A stretch of DNA of 64,000 nucleotides, taken from positions 37,842 through 101,841 of the IMG/VR virus record IMGVR_UViG_3300009009_000011; one strand, written 5' to 3'. The DNA comes from a virus. The notes beneath the pieces were generated by a model. It saw only the letters and a list, made by a program, of their open reading frames with translations. It searched no databases and was not told the DNA's origin. Each line of letters begins with the position of its first letter. Within the stretch, counting starts at the first letter, position 1. Below are positions 1 to 8,057 of this stretch, in pieces. The position numbers were made by a program, and so were the translations under genes.

Positions 1-137
1 CCTGTAATGGAGCAAATAGGTGAAACTAACTCTAATTTGTGTCTGGTGTGCAGTCTTTGTATTGAGGATATTGACTGCTTATATAATTTAATATTCAGAT
101 AATTATAACCAATGTATTCAATATGATTGATAAACAT
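1..137 (-). CDS. hypothetical protein, runs off the window edge
   Basis: Read by hand: ATG at 137 on the minus strand, MFINHIEYIGYNYLNIKLYKQSISS..., open to position 1. Confidence 0.35.
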   Translation of the reverse strand, partial: MFINHIEYIGYNYLNIKLYKQSISSIQRLHTRHKLELVSPICSIT

Positions 138-190
138 AGGCTATTAATTTGCTTATTGTCCTTATTTATGTATCAATGGTATTATAGCGT

Positions 191-212
191 AAAGAGCAGT
201 TTATTACTGCTC
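191..212 (-). terminator. small hairpin after the leftward ORF, weak terminator candidate
   Basis: GAGCAGT-TTATT-ACTGCTC (194-212), followed by only TTT on the minus strand. Confidence 0.3.
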
Positions 213-216
213 ACTA

Positions 217-459
217 TCATCCACCCTTCTTTACTGTGGTTTCAGGCACTAACTCAAACCCTATCATCGGTGTACCTGTCTTCTTCTGGTCATATTGGTT
301 AATTCTGACCTTGTGACCATCAATTTCAGCGACTTTCTTGGTCTCTACAAACTGTTCACCAAAATGAATATCGCTGATTTCCATCTGTGCGTTGCCTTTG
401 AGTGTGGCTAATGCAGACTCACTAAAGGACTTTTCTGGTTTTGCATAAAAGCTTTTCAT
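217..459 (-). CDS. hypothetical protein, first gene of the divergent arm
   Basis: 80-aa ORF with normal composition and an A-rich leader. Confidence 0.75.
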   Translation of the reverse strand: MKSFYAKPEKSFSESALATLKGNAQMEISDIHFGEQFVETKKVAEIDGHKVRINQYDQKKTGTPMIGFELVPETTVKKGG

Positions 460-501
460 GTCGTGGTTTTTAGTTTTTAAAACTTATTTATTATTGGTGA
501 C

Positions 502-687
502 GGGGTACAACCCCTTCCCGAAGGGCTCGGGGGTAGTTGATATGAGGCAGTTAGCGGGGGCTATTATATATACAAAATGTACGGTTAAGACGGGCTACTA
601 TATACACAGTTTATACAGTTCTCACACACGTTAATATATAGTATGGGGTAGGGGGGTATTTTATATATATAGTTAAGCCGGGGGTAT
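502..687. promoter_or_regulatory. strand-switch region with tandem GC hairpins and repeated GGGGTA motifs
   Basis: GGGG-TACAA-CCCC (502-514) and CCCGA-AGGGC-TCGGG (517-531). GGGGTA recurs near 502, 530, 645, 653 and 681. Confidence 0.4.
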
Positions 688-689
688 TG

Positions 690-736
690 AAAATAAAAGG
701 TTAAATTTGTAACCTTTATATTTTTAATACGTATAA
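690..736 (+). promoter_or_regulatory. bipartite promoter copy 1 (TGTAAC-N14-TACGTATAA)
   Basis: TGTAAC 708-713, TACGTATAA 728-736, AAAATA at 690. Same spacing as copies 2 and 3; about 22 nt upstream of ATG 759. Confidence 0.75.
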
Positions 737-758
737 TGAGTATAAATATGTATATAGT

Positions 759-1019
759 ATGGTATTTACTAGGGAACAAATAGCAGATTGGGTTAAAGAG
801 ATTGATGCCTGTAAAGCAGAAGAAGAAGTGTATGGTAAACCAATAATAATGTGTAGACGTGGTGGGGTATATGAAACTACTGTTACTTTTGAATGTGAGG
901 AGTGTGAAGAAGTGTTAAGTGTAGAACCAGGGTTAGAGGAAATAAATCATATAGATTGTAGGTGCCCAACATGTAATACAGTAAGGCCTATAACTACTAT
1001 ATTTTTAAGTTGTGATTAA
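759..1019 (+). CDS. zinc-ribbon-like protein
   Basis: CEEC and CPTC cysteine pairs. Confidence 0.65.
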   Translation: MVFTREQIADWVKEIDACKAEEEVYGKPIIMCRRGGVYETTVTFECEECEEVLSVEPGLEEINHIDCRCPTCNTVRPITTIFLSCD

Positions 1020-1020
1020 T

Positions 1021-1371
1021 ATGAAGAAAATTGATAAATTAGTTGAAAAAGCCAAGCAGTTTATATTGCTTGATGATAGGTTATTAGTATATCCATTACC
1101 ATTACGTAGTTATAGTACTACGGATACGGTTTTAGATGATGAGGCTAATAAAGGTAAAAATCCAATGCTTGACGAGTTAAAGACTGTCAAGAAGGTTGTT
1201 GAGATAAATTATAAGTATCAGGTTGCTATAGTTTTAGCAAAGTCTGATAATGTTAAAGACCTTAACATAGGCGATAAGATTGTGTATAGGTTGTCTAATG
1301 TTATAGACTTTGACCTGCTGAAAGATGTGTCTATGCTAAAGCGATTTGAGATAATAGCTAAAATGGTATAA
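1021..1371 (+). CDS. GroES-like co-chaperonin
   Basis: LLDDRLLVYP...AIVLA...LNIGDKIVY...EIIAK matches the GroES pattern. ATG at 1021; track start is 1012. Confidence 0.6.
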   Translation: MKKIDKLVEKAKQFILLDDRLLVYPLPLRSYSTTDTVLDDEANKGKNPMLDELKTVKKVVEINYKYQVAIVLAKSDNVKDLNIGDKIVYRLSNVIDFDLLKDVSMLKRFEIIAKMV

Positions 1372-1373
1372 TT

Positions 1374-1529
1374 ATGTGGTACAGGAAGTTAAAGCGTAAA
1401 ATAAAGCGGCTTATATCGACTGTAAAGAAGAAATTGCCACATAAACCTGATGCTATGACAAAGTTATATTATATCTTGAGTAATGTTAATGGTAAGTATT
1501 ATTTTACAGACTCATTAAAAAAGCTATAA
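1374..1529 (+). CDS. small basic hypothetical protein (51 aa)
   Basis: Read by hand: MWYRKLKRKIKRLISTVKKKLPHKPDAMTKLYYILSNVNGKYYFTDSLKKL; fills the gap. Confidence 0.55.
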   Translation: MWYRKLKRKIKRLISTVKKKLPHKPDAMTKLYYILSNVNGKYYFTDSLKKL

Positions 1530-1538
1530 TAAACTAAA

Positions 1539-1585
1539 AAAATATTTTGTATAAAGTGCAACAAAATTGTAACTTGTACGTATAA
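1539..1585 (+). promoter_or_regulatory. bipartite promoter copy 2 (TGCAAC-N14-TACGTATAA)
   Basis: AAAATATTTT 1539-1548, TGCAAC 1557-1562, TACGTATAA 1577-1585. Confidence 0.75.
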
Positions 1586-1589
1586 CGAG

Positions 1590-1830
1590 TAGATCCTTGA
1601 ACCCTCCCTGGTGTCTGGTAAACAATTGGGAGGAGAGTTGGGTGGAGATACTACAAATAGTAGGACGGTCATCCATTGGTCACAAAGAATAAAATATAAG
1701 TTTTAGGTGAGGTGTATATAAAAGGATACACCGAGGTAGACAAATTAACTATTGTCAGCACTGCCTAATAACTGAAGTTTTTATTTAAAAAGGAGGTCTT
1801 TTACCGCAAGGTAAAGGGAACACCTCTATT
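1590..1830 (+). ncRNA. candidate structured ncRNA or 5' leader, family unknown
   Basis: ORF-free and GC-richer, directly after promoter 2. Stems: CCTCCC/GGGAGG, GGTGGA/TCCATT, TTAGGT/GCCTAA enclosing GGTGTAT/ATACACC and GACAA/TTGTC, and a final GCAA-tetraloop hairpin. Confidence 0.55.
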
Positions 1831-1872
1831 AGTTAATATCATATATTATTTAATTGGCTTTGACTTCTTATT

Positions 1873-2118
1873 ATGAAAAGTTTGAATAGTGTTCAACAAA
1901 ATATATTTAATGATTTTTTATTATTAAAGGTTATACAAGATGATAATAATCATAATAAGTTATGGGCCATAAATATATTATATGAAAGATTTGGTGATCG
2001 GGTTTTAGATAAGGGTTTACTGAAACCTATAGCAAAAGAGTTGGGGGTAGCTAGGTATGTTGTAGTTGATTATATAAAGTATAAGTTAAAAGGGTTACCT
2101 CATGGCAAAATTAAGTAA
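1873..2118 (+). CDS. small HTH-like protein
   Basis: LKPIAKELGVARYVVVDYIK resembles a helix-turn-helix. Confidence 0.5.
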   Translation: MKSLNSVQQNIFNDFLLLKVIQDDNNHNKLWAINILYERFGDRVLDKGLLKPIAKELGVARYVVVDYIKYKLKGLPHGKIK

Positions 2119-2305
2119 AGCTGAGTTACGTAGGTTAGTTGAGCATGTTGAATCTGTAGGTTCAGACTTAGACACGTTAGACTTAAGGTCATTAATATGT
2201 GACGAGGGGTTGTGTCCTATCGAACATTGCGCTTATTACGGGCCAGGCGAAGTTGAATGTCCACACTTGACACAAGTGTGTGAGCTGTTAAAAAATGGTA
2301 AATGA
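2102..2305 (+). CDS. Cys-rich hypothetical protein
   Basis: 67-aa ORF with five Cys, overlapping both neighbours. Confidence 0.6.
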   Translation: MAKLSKAELRRLVEHVESVGSDLDTLDLRSLICDEGLCPIEHCAYYGPGEVECPHLTQVCELLKNGK

Positions 2306-2649
2306 CTGTTATAGACAAGGCAGATGATGGTAAGTTGAGGTGGGACCTTTTACCAGTTGCCGAAATTGAAGAGCTAGTTAAAGTTATAAACATGGGGGCT
2401 GAAAAGTATGCTCCTAATAATTGGCAAAATATGCCAAATGCGACAGACCGACTATATGCTGCTTTATTGAGGCATTTAGTTGATTGGCGTAAAGGGTCTA
2501 AAATAGACCAAGAATCTGGGTTAAATCATTTAGCCCATGTGTTATGTAACGCTTTATTTTTATTGTGGTTTGACCGTAATAAAGGGGGGAGGTGCAATGA
2601 TGTGCAAGAAGAAGTGGAACCAAAAGGGATTTATGCTTTTGTAAAGTGA
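2302..2649 (+). CDS. dATP/dGTP diphosphohydrolase domain protein (DUF5664-like)
   Basis: KADDGKLRWDLLP...GAEKYAPNNW...AALLRHL...DQESGLNHLAHVLCNALFL. Confidence 0.85.
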   Translation: MTVIDKADDGKLRWDLLPVAEIEELVKVINMGAEKYAPNNWQNMPNATDRLYAALLRHLVDWRKGSKIDQESGLNHLAHVLCNALFLLWFDRNKGGRCNDVQEEVEPKGIYAFVK

Positions 2650-2709
2650 GACCAAGGGGTGTAAAAAACCTCTGATTATATATAGCAGGTGTGTAACAAC
2701 ATTCTGTAC

Positions 2710-2745
2710 AAGGCTAGGGCTAAATACTCTAGCCTTTTATTTTTT
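2710..2745 (+). terminator. intrinsic terminator
   Basis: AAGGCTAGGG-CTAAATA-CTCTAGCCTT followed by a T-rich tail, immediately before promoter 3. Confidence 0.75.
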
Positions 2746-2748
2746 ATG

Positions 2749-2795
2749 AAAATATTTTACATTAATTGTAACTTTATTGTAACTTATACGTATAA
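2749..2795 (+). promoter_or_regulatory. bipartite promoter copy 3 (TGTAAC-N14-TACGTATAA)
   Basis: AAAATATTTT 2749-2758, TGTAAC 2767-2772, TACGTATAA 2787-2795. Confidence 0.75.
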
Positions 2796-2842
2796 AGGGT
2801 GTGGGGCAGTTTTAGTATAAAGTTATTTAAAATGATAATAAT

Positions 2843-2989
2843 ATGAGATTAGTTAAGTTAATACCGGTTTATAGGGTTGTTGAAGTTAGCCCTTTAAAGC
2901 CGTTGAAGAAGCGCATTTTAAAACTAATGCGGCGTTCGAAAACAAAAACAATAAGTTATAATGTACTGATTAGGTTATTAGTTGATTAA
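2843..2989 (+). CDS. small basic hypothetical protein (48 aa)
   Basis: Read by hand: MRLVKLIPVYRVVEVSPLKPLKKRILKLMRRSKTKTISYNVLIRLLVD; stop lies 1 nt before the next ATG. Confidence 0.5.
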   Translation: MRLVKLIPVYRVVEVSPLKPLKKRILKLMRRSKTKTISYNVLIRLLVD

Positions 2990-2990
2990 T

Positions 2991-3368
2991 ATGGGCGAAA
3001 AAGAGCGTTATATAAAACAGCCAATATTTGATCATCAACAGTTTTTAAGTGATGATGGGTCTTTTATACAGGCTAAATGTGAATTAGAGTTATACTATTA
3101 TGACGACCTTAGAACTAAGCTAGAGTGGGTTTCTCCACAGGCAATTTTAAAGCTTAGTAATGGGGACCGAGTGTTTAATTTTTATACAGAATCTTTTAAT
3201 TCAGATGCTAGGCAAACCTCTATAAATACTATTGAAAAAGTTATAGCTGTGTTAGAGCAGTTTAAAGCTGCTTTTATATATTTAGATGAACAAACTACTG
3301 TGTTAGAAGCAGAGGCAGATAAGAATAATAAGGTTACAGAGGAAGTTGTAGAACCAATAAATGAATAA
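2991..3368 (+). CDS. hypothetical protein
   Basis: ORF track 2982..3368; ATG at 2991 preferred. Confidence 0.7.
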   Translation: MGEKERYIKQPIFDHQQFLSDDGSFIQAKCELELYYYDDLRTKLEWVSPQAILKLSNGDRVFNFYTESFNSDARQTSINTIEKVIAVLEQFKAAFIYLDEQTTVLEAEADKNNKVTEEVVEPINE

Positions 3369-3638
3369 ATGGGTTTTGGCGAAGTTGATGTTTGGTTATG
3401 GCTTGCTCTATTTTTTGGGTGTATTGTATATGACTATACAAACGCTAAGTATGTGCGAGCTGTAGCCGAATACAACAGGCTAAAAGCCGCAAACACTAGT
3501 ATGTTTTTAGTTGTTGCAGGGGGGTTATTTACATACGAATATGTTAATAACTTATGGAATTTAATACCTATTGCAGCAGGTTGTTGGTTAGGGACTTTTA
3601 TTAGTGTTTGGCAGAAAAATAAAATAAATGTTAAGTGA
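3369..3638 (+). CDS. small membrane protein, about 3 TM segments
   Basis: Three hydrophobic segments. Confidence 0.65.
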   Translation: MGFGEVDVWLWLALFFGCIVYDYTNAKYVRAVAEYNRLKAANTSMFLVVAGGLFTYEYVNNLWNLIPIAAGCWLGTFISVWQKNKINVK

Positions 3639-4044
3639 TAAATTAGTTTTAGCAATAGACTTTGATGGGACTATAGTTAGTCATAATTACCCAGAGATGG
3701 GGGAGTTATTTACACATGCTAAAGAATGCATTAATGAATTATATGATAGTGGTAAATATTACATTATAATATGGTCATGTCGCACTAATCAGAATGAGGC
3801 AGATATGATAAAGTTTTTGAATGAAAATGGTATAAGGTATCATTCAATTAATGAGAATTGTCCAGAGTTTATAGCTAAGTGTGAATTAGTTAAATGTGGC
3901 TTACCCCGTAAATTATATTATGATATATTAGTGGATGATAGGTCATTGTGGGGTTATTGTATTAACTTTGAATTTGAATGGCCTATGATTAAAAGATTAA
4001 TAGAAACTGAGTATATACTCAAAACAAAAAATATAACAGTATGA
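3628..4044 (+). CDS. HAD-superfamily hydrolase (BT0820-like)
   Basis: Motif I LAIDFDGTIV, IIWSCR, RK...DILVDDR. Confidence 0.85.
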   Translation: MLSDKLVLAIDFDGTIVSHNYPEMGELFTHAKECINELYDSGKYYIIIWSCRTNQNEADMIKFLNENGIRYHSINENCPEFIAKCELVKCGLPRKLYYDILVDDRSLWGYCINFEFEWPMIKRLIETEYILKTKNITV

Positions 4045-4247
4045 GTTTAAAATCAAAGTGGTGGTGTATTAAGTCAGAGTGTAAGCATTATAATACACAT
4101 TCTACACACAAAGGGGCTCTTGTTGTTACAGAGCATTGTAGACATAAAGATGCGGTCAATTCTAAAAAATGTGATACCCCAAGGTTAGGTCGTAATATAG
4201 ATACTATGCAGATGTGTCCTGTATTATATGATATGAAGGAGGACTAA
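4041..4247 (+). CDS. Cys/His-rich hypothetical protein
   Basis: 68-aa ORF coupled to both neighbours. Confidence 0.55.
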   Translation: MSLKSKWWCIKSECKHYNTHSTHKGALVVTEHCRHKDAVNSKKCDTPRLGRNIDTMQMCPVLYDMKED

Positions 4248-6560
4248 ATGACTAGGGTAGAAGTATTAAAAACAGCAAAGGATTATTTTAAAGGTAATGA
4301 ATTACAAGCAACTCTTTGGGTTGATAAGTACTGTTTACATGATAATTTAGGTAATTATTTAGAGTCTACTCCTGATGATATGTTTCATCGTTTAGCTAAA
4401 GAATTTGCACGTATTGAATTAAAATACCCAAATCCATTATATGAAGAAGAGATATACAATTTGCTTAAAGACTTTACTTACATTATTCCAGGTGGGTCTA
4501 TTCTCTTTGGTGTTGGTAATGATCATGTTTACACCTCTCTTGGCAATTGTTTCGTTATTGGTGATAGTACTGATTCGTATGGTTCAATTTGTAAAATTGA
4601 CGAAGAGCAAGTACAATTAATGAAACGGCGTGGTGGTGTAGGTCATGACATTTCACATTTACGTCCTAAAGGTGCTTCTGTTAATAATGCAGCTTGCACC
4701 TCAACTGGGGCAATTAGCTTTATGAGTAGGTATTCTAACACTACTCGTGAAGTAGCTCAAGGGGGTAGGCGTGGTGCTTTGATATTAACTATGTCAGTTG
4801 ATCATCCAGATATAGAGGATTTTATAGAGTCTAAGGCAGATATAACTAAGCTTACAGGTTGTAATATTTCAGTAAAGGTTACTGACAAATTTATGGATGA
4901 TGTAAAAGCTAAAGTACCTCAGGCATTGACCATTTGGCAAAAATTGGTATATCAGGCCTGGGCTACAGCTGAACCTGGTGTATTATTCTGGGATACTATT
5001 ACTAATAATAGTCCTGCTGATAAATATAAAGGGTTTGAATCTGTATCAACTAATCCATGTGGGGAGATACCTTTATGTCCGTACGATACATGTCGTTTAA
5101 TGTCTGTTAATTTGTTTAGTTTTGTTGATAAACCTTTTACTCCTAATGCTACTTTTAATGCTATAAAATTTGTTGATGTTGTTAATAAGGCTCAACGATT
5201 GATGGATGATGTGATTGATTTAGAGAAAGAAAAGATAGATAAAATATTAAAAAAGATATCTCCTGCTAAAGTAAATAGTGATTCTACACATAGGGAGTAT
5301 ATACTTTGGACAAAGATATATGAGAAACTACACAAAGGTCGTAGGACTGGTTTATCTGTAATAGGCCTTGCAGATTGCTTAGCAGCATTAAATGTTAAAT
5401 ATGGTTCACCAGAATCTATAAGCACAATTGATTTTATGTTTAACATATTTAAAAAAGCTGCTTATACTTCTAGCGAATACATGGCAGAAGAGCGTGGAGC
5501 GTTTCCTGTATGGGATAAAAATATAGACCCTATGCCTAGACGTAATATTGCTTTATTAACTATACCCCCATCAGGTACAATATCTATTATGGCTGGTGTA
5601 ACAAGTGGTATAGAGCCAGTATTTAATTTATTATATATACGTAGGCGTAAGGTTGAGGAATCTGATAATGTTGTATTTGTAGATAAACAAGGTGACAAAT
5701 GGGAAGAGTATACTGTATTACATCCTAAATATGAAGAGTGGAAATATACAACAGATTTAAAATTATTTGGTGATGCTTGGGATAGAAAAACATTGTATAA
5801 TATAGATATAGAGGATACATATATTAAAGCATCTCCTTATTATGGTTGTACAGCACATGATATCAACCCTTTAGATAGGGTTAAGGTGCAAGCTACTATA
5901 CAGAAATATATAGACCATAGTATAGCATCTACTATTAATTTGCCAGCAACTGCAACAGTTGAAGATATATCTAATATATACATGACTGCATGGGAAAGTG
6001 GTTGTAAGGGTATTACTGTATATCGTGAAGGTTGTAGGGATGGGGTGTTAATTAATAAAGGTGAGAATAAGACTGAATTTAAGCAACACAATGCCCCAAA
6101 GAGGCCTAAAATTTTAAGGGCTCAAGTTAATGAAGTTAAGATAAAAGGTAATGTTTATAGTGTGCTTGTTGGTTTGTTTGATAATAAACCATATGAAGTA
6201 TTTGTTTTGAACTATTCTTTACCTTCTATTGAAGGGGATATAGTTAAGAATTCAAAAGGTAATTATATATATGGTACTATTAATGTTACAGAGAATTTAA
6301 CAGATGAGCAGTCAGCAATAACTAGGTTAGTGTCTACTGCTTTAAGACATGGTACTGACATTAAATTTATAGTGGAACAACTTAATAAAATAGGTGGTGA
6401 TTTAACATCTTTTACAAAAGCAATATCTAGGGTATTAAAAAAATACATACCAGATGGTACTAATATTAAAGGTATTAAATGTGAAGTGTGTGGGAATGGT
6501 TTAGTTATGGAGAATGGTTGTATGATTTGTAAATCGTGTGGTAATAGTAAATGTAGTTAA
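4248..6560 (+). CDS. nrdJ: adenosylcobalamin-dependent (class II) ribonucleotide reductase
   Basis: LGNCFV, RGGVG, TNPCGEIPL, RRTGL, TIPPSGTIS, SGIEP, GCKGITVYR. C-terminal TSCPD-like region and Zn ribbon. No beta subunit nearby. Confidence 0.9.
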   Translation: MTRVEVLKTAKDYFKGNELQATLWVDKYCLHDNLGNYLESTPDDMFHRLAKEFARIELKYPNPLYEEEIYNLLKDFTYIIPGGSILFGVGNDHVYTSLGNCFVIGDSTDSYGSICKIDEEQVQLMKRRGGVGHDISHLRPKGASVNNAACTSTGAISFMSRYSNTTREVAQGGRRGALILTMSVDHPDIEDFIESKADITKLTGCNISVKVTDKFMDDVKAKVPQALTIWQKLVYQAWATAEPGVLFWDTITNNSPADKYKGFESVSTNPCGEIPLCPYDTCRLMSVNLFSFVDKPFTPNATFNAIKFVDVVNKAQRLMDDVIDLEKEKIDKILKKISPAKVNSDSTHREYILWTKIYEKLHKGRRTGLSVIGLADCLAALNVKYGSPESISTIDFMFNIFKKAAYTSSEYMAEERGAFPVWDKNIDPMPRRNIALLTIPPSGTISIMAGVTSGIEPVFNLLYIRRRKVEESDNVVFVDKQGDKWEEYTVLHPKYEEWKYTTDLKLFGDAWDRKTLYNIDIEDTYIKASPYYGCTAHDINPLDRVKVQATIQKYIDHSIASTINLPATATVEDISNIYMTAWESGCKGITVYREGCRDGVLINKGENKTEFKQHNAPKRPKILRAQVNEVKIKGNVYSVLVGLFDNKPYEVFVLNYSLPSIEGDIVKNSKGNYIYGTINVTENLTDEQSAITRLVSTALRHGTDIKFIVEQLNKIGGDLTSFTKAISRVLKKYIPDGTNIKGIKCEVCGNGLVMENGCMICKSCGNSKCS

Positions 6561-6562
6561 TA

Positions 6563-6700
6563 ATGGCTAGAGGTATAGGTGTAAGTAAATTTAGGCGTAA
6601 GCCAAGGCATAAAAGGCCTGGTATTCATGCTAAATGTAAAGAATCAAAGAATAAAAATAGTAGGAATTATGTTAAACAGTATGTTGGGCAAGGGCGTTGA
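6563..6700 (+). CDS. small very basic protein (45 aa, ends YVGQGR)
   Basis: Read by hand: MARGIGVSKFRRKPRHKRPGIHAKCKESKNKNSRNYVKQYVGQGR; resembles small phage peptides ending YxGQG[RK]. Confidence 0.7.
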   Translation: MARGIGVSKFRRKPRHKRPGIHAKCKESKNKNSRNYVKQYVGQGR

Positions 6701-6740
6701 AGATAACATAAGGGCAGAAGTTTTAGAGATAAATAAAGAC

Positions 6741-6860
6741 ATGCCTGACGGTATATATTTATATGAAATATACCCTGGGTTTAAAACATGGATGAGTAAA
6801 CAATTAATGATAGAGGTGGAAGTAGCACTTCGTTTAAAAGTATTAGAATATGATAGGTAA
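6741..6860 (+). CDS. small hypothetical protein
   Basis: 3' part of track ORF 6627..6860; ATG at 6741 avoids overlap with 6563..6700. Confidence 0.4.
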   Translation: MPDGIYLYEIYPGFKTWMSKQLMIEVEVALRLKVLEYDR

Positions 6861-7107
6861 AAAGTTTTATGTATATACCAACTGGGGCCTTTGTAAAGGC
6901 ACTGTTGTGAAAGAGAAAAAAGATGAGAAGTATAATACTGGGTTAACTCAGTATAAATTGAGAATTGATATTGATAGGAATAATACAAACAAAGATTATG
7001 GATTTTGGTTTTGTGAAGGCCAATTACATAAGTATTATTTTACAGCAATAGTATTAGAATTATTTAAACCATTTGGTTGGTTTGTTAAATCTATAATTAA
7101 AGGTTAA
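6850..7107 (+). CDS. hypothetical protein
   Basis: 85-aa ORF within the operon. Confidence 0.6.
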   Translation: MIGKKFYVYTNWGLCKGTVVKEKKDEKYNTGLTQYKLRIDIDRNNTNKDYGFWFCEGQLHKYYFTAIVLELFKPFGWFVKSIIKG

Positions 7108-7108
7108 T

Positions 7109-7675
7109 ATGAAAATGTGCAAGACAGATAAATTTGAACCAGTTGAGGTTATAAAGTCCTTTTTAGGAATTAAGAAGGGGACTGTGCTGAAGTTTGATGG
7201 TGCGAGTTCTAAGTATATAAGTAGGGTTGAAGAGGAAGAAATAGGTGACAATGATTATTATTATTCAGGTCATGCTATTGCTATAGATCCTTTGATTGTT
7301 GAGAATAATTTGGGTAAACATTTTAAATTACTTGAATTAAAAGCAGCACCAGTACAACCAGCTATAGAAGAAAAAGAACAGGAAGTACCGCCTGTAAAAT
7401 TTGTTAGTTGTGAAAAAACAGAGAATACAGACGCACCAGATCAAGAACCAGTCCGTATGGAGAAGAAGAGAGAACTGCCGCCTGAAAAAGCAGATCTTGT
7501 ATTTGAATGTGGGTTGTGTCATTTTGTTAATAAGATTGCTTCTGTAAGGCACGGGGTATTTTTTCCTGTCGGCAAAGATACTTTTCTAAAAATCAAGTGT
7601 GAGAATTGTGGGATTACTACTAATATTTATTATGATATAGCAGATGATACTACAGAAGAAAGTAAACAAGGGTAG
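7109..7675 (+). CDS. hypothetical protein with C-terminal zinc ribbon
   Basis: CGLC...CENC. Confidence 0.65.
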   Translation: MKMCKTDKFEPVEVIKSFLGIKKGTVLKFDGASSKYISRVEEEEIGDNDYYYSGHAIAIDPLIVENNLGKHFKLLELKAAPVQPAIEEKEQEVPPVKFVSCEKTENTDAPDQEPVRMEKKRELPPEKADLVFECGLCHFVNKIASVRHGVFFPVGKDTFLKIKCENCGITTNIYYDIADDTTEESKQG

Positions 7676-8057
7676 TTTTTATACTGACTTTGTAAATATT
7701 TTAAATGGGGTACTTCAGCTTTCTCCGAGGGAAGCTGAGGTATTTTCTCATTTATTATTGTTTAGTGATGCAGGTTATGCGGAGAATATAAATCATAAAA
7801 CAGTAAGGAAGAATATAAAATTGGTATTAGGTATTAGTGAAGCAAATTTAAGTAGGTATTTGAATACTATAAAAACTAAAGGTCTTATAGTAAAAAGTGG
7901 TGAATCTAAATGGGTAATAAATGATAACATAAAACCTGATGTTGAAGGTGATACTGTTGAGGTTTTATTTAGTTTAAAGATATTAAAAGATGTTGAAGAT
8001 AAAGCAGTTGTGGAAAAAGCTATCGCTGGTGTCTATACAAAAGACGCTGAATCATAA
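7644..8057 (+). CDS. winged-helix DNA-binding protein
   Basis: LSPREAEVF...LGISEANLSRYLNTIKTKGLIVK. Confidence 0.7.
   Translation: MILQKKVNKGSFYTDFVNILNGVLQLSPREAEVFSHLLLFSDAGYAENINHKTVRKNIKLVLGISEANLSRYLNTIKTKGLIVKSGESKWVINDNIKPDVEGDTVEVLFSLKILKDVEDKAVVEKAIAGVYTKDAES

Noticed and set aside
585-779. Minus-strand 64-aa ORF
   Set aside because: Low-complexity I/Y-rich translation across the promoter and strand-switch region; probably not coding.
1770-1780. Hammerhead ribozyme core in the ncRNA candidate
   Set aside because: CTGAAGT does not match CUGANGA, and there is no suitably placed GAAA.
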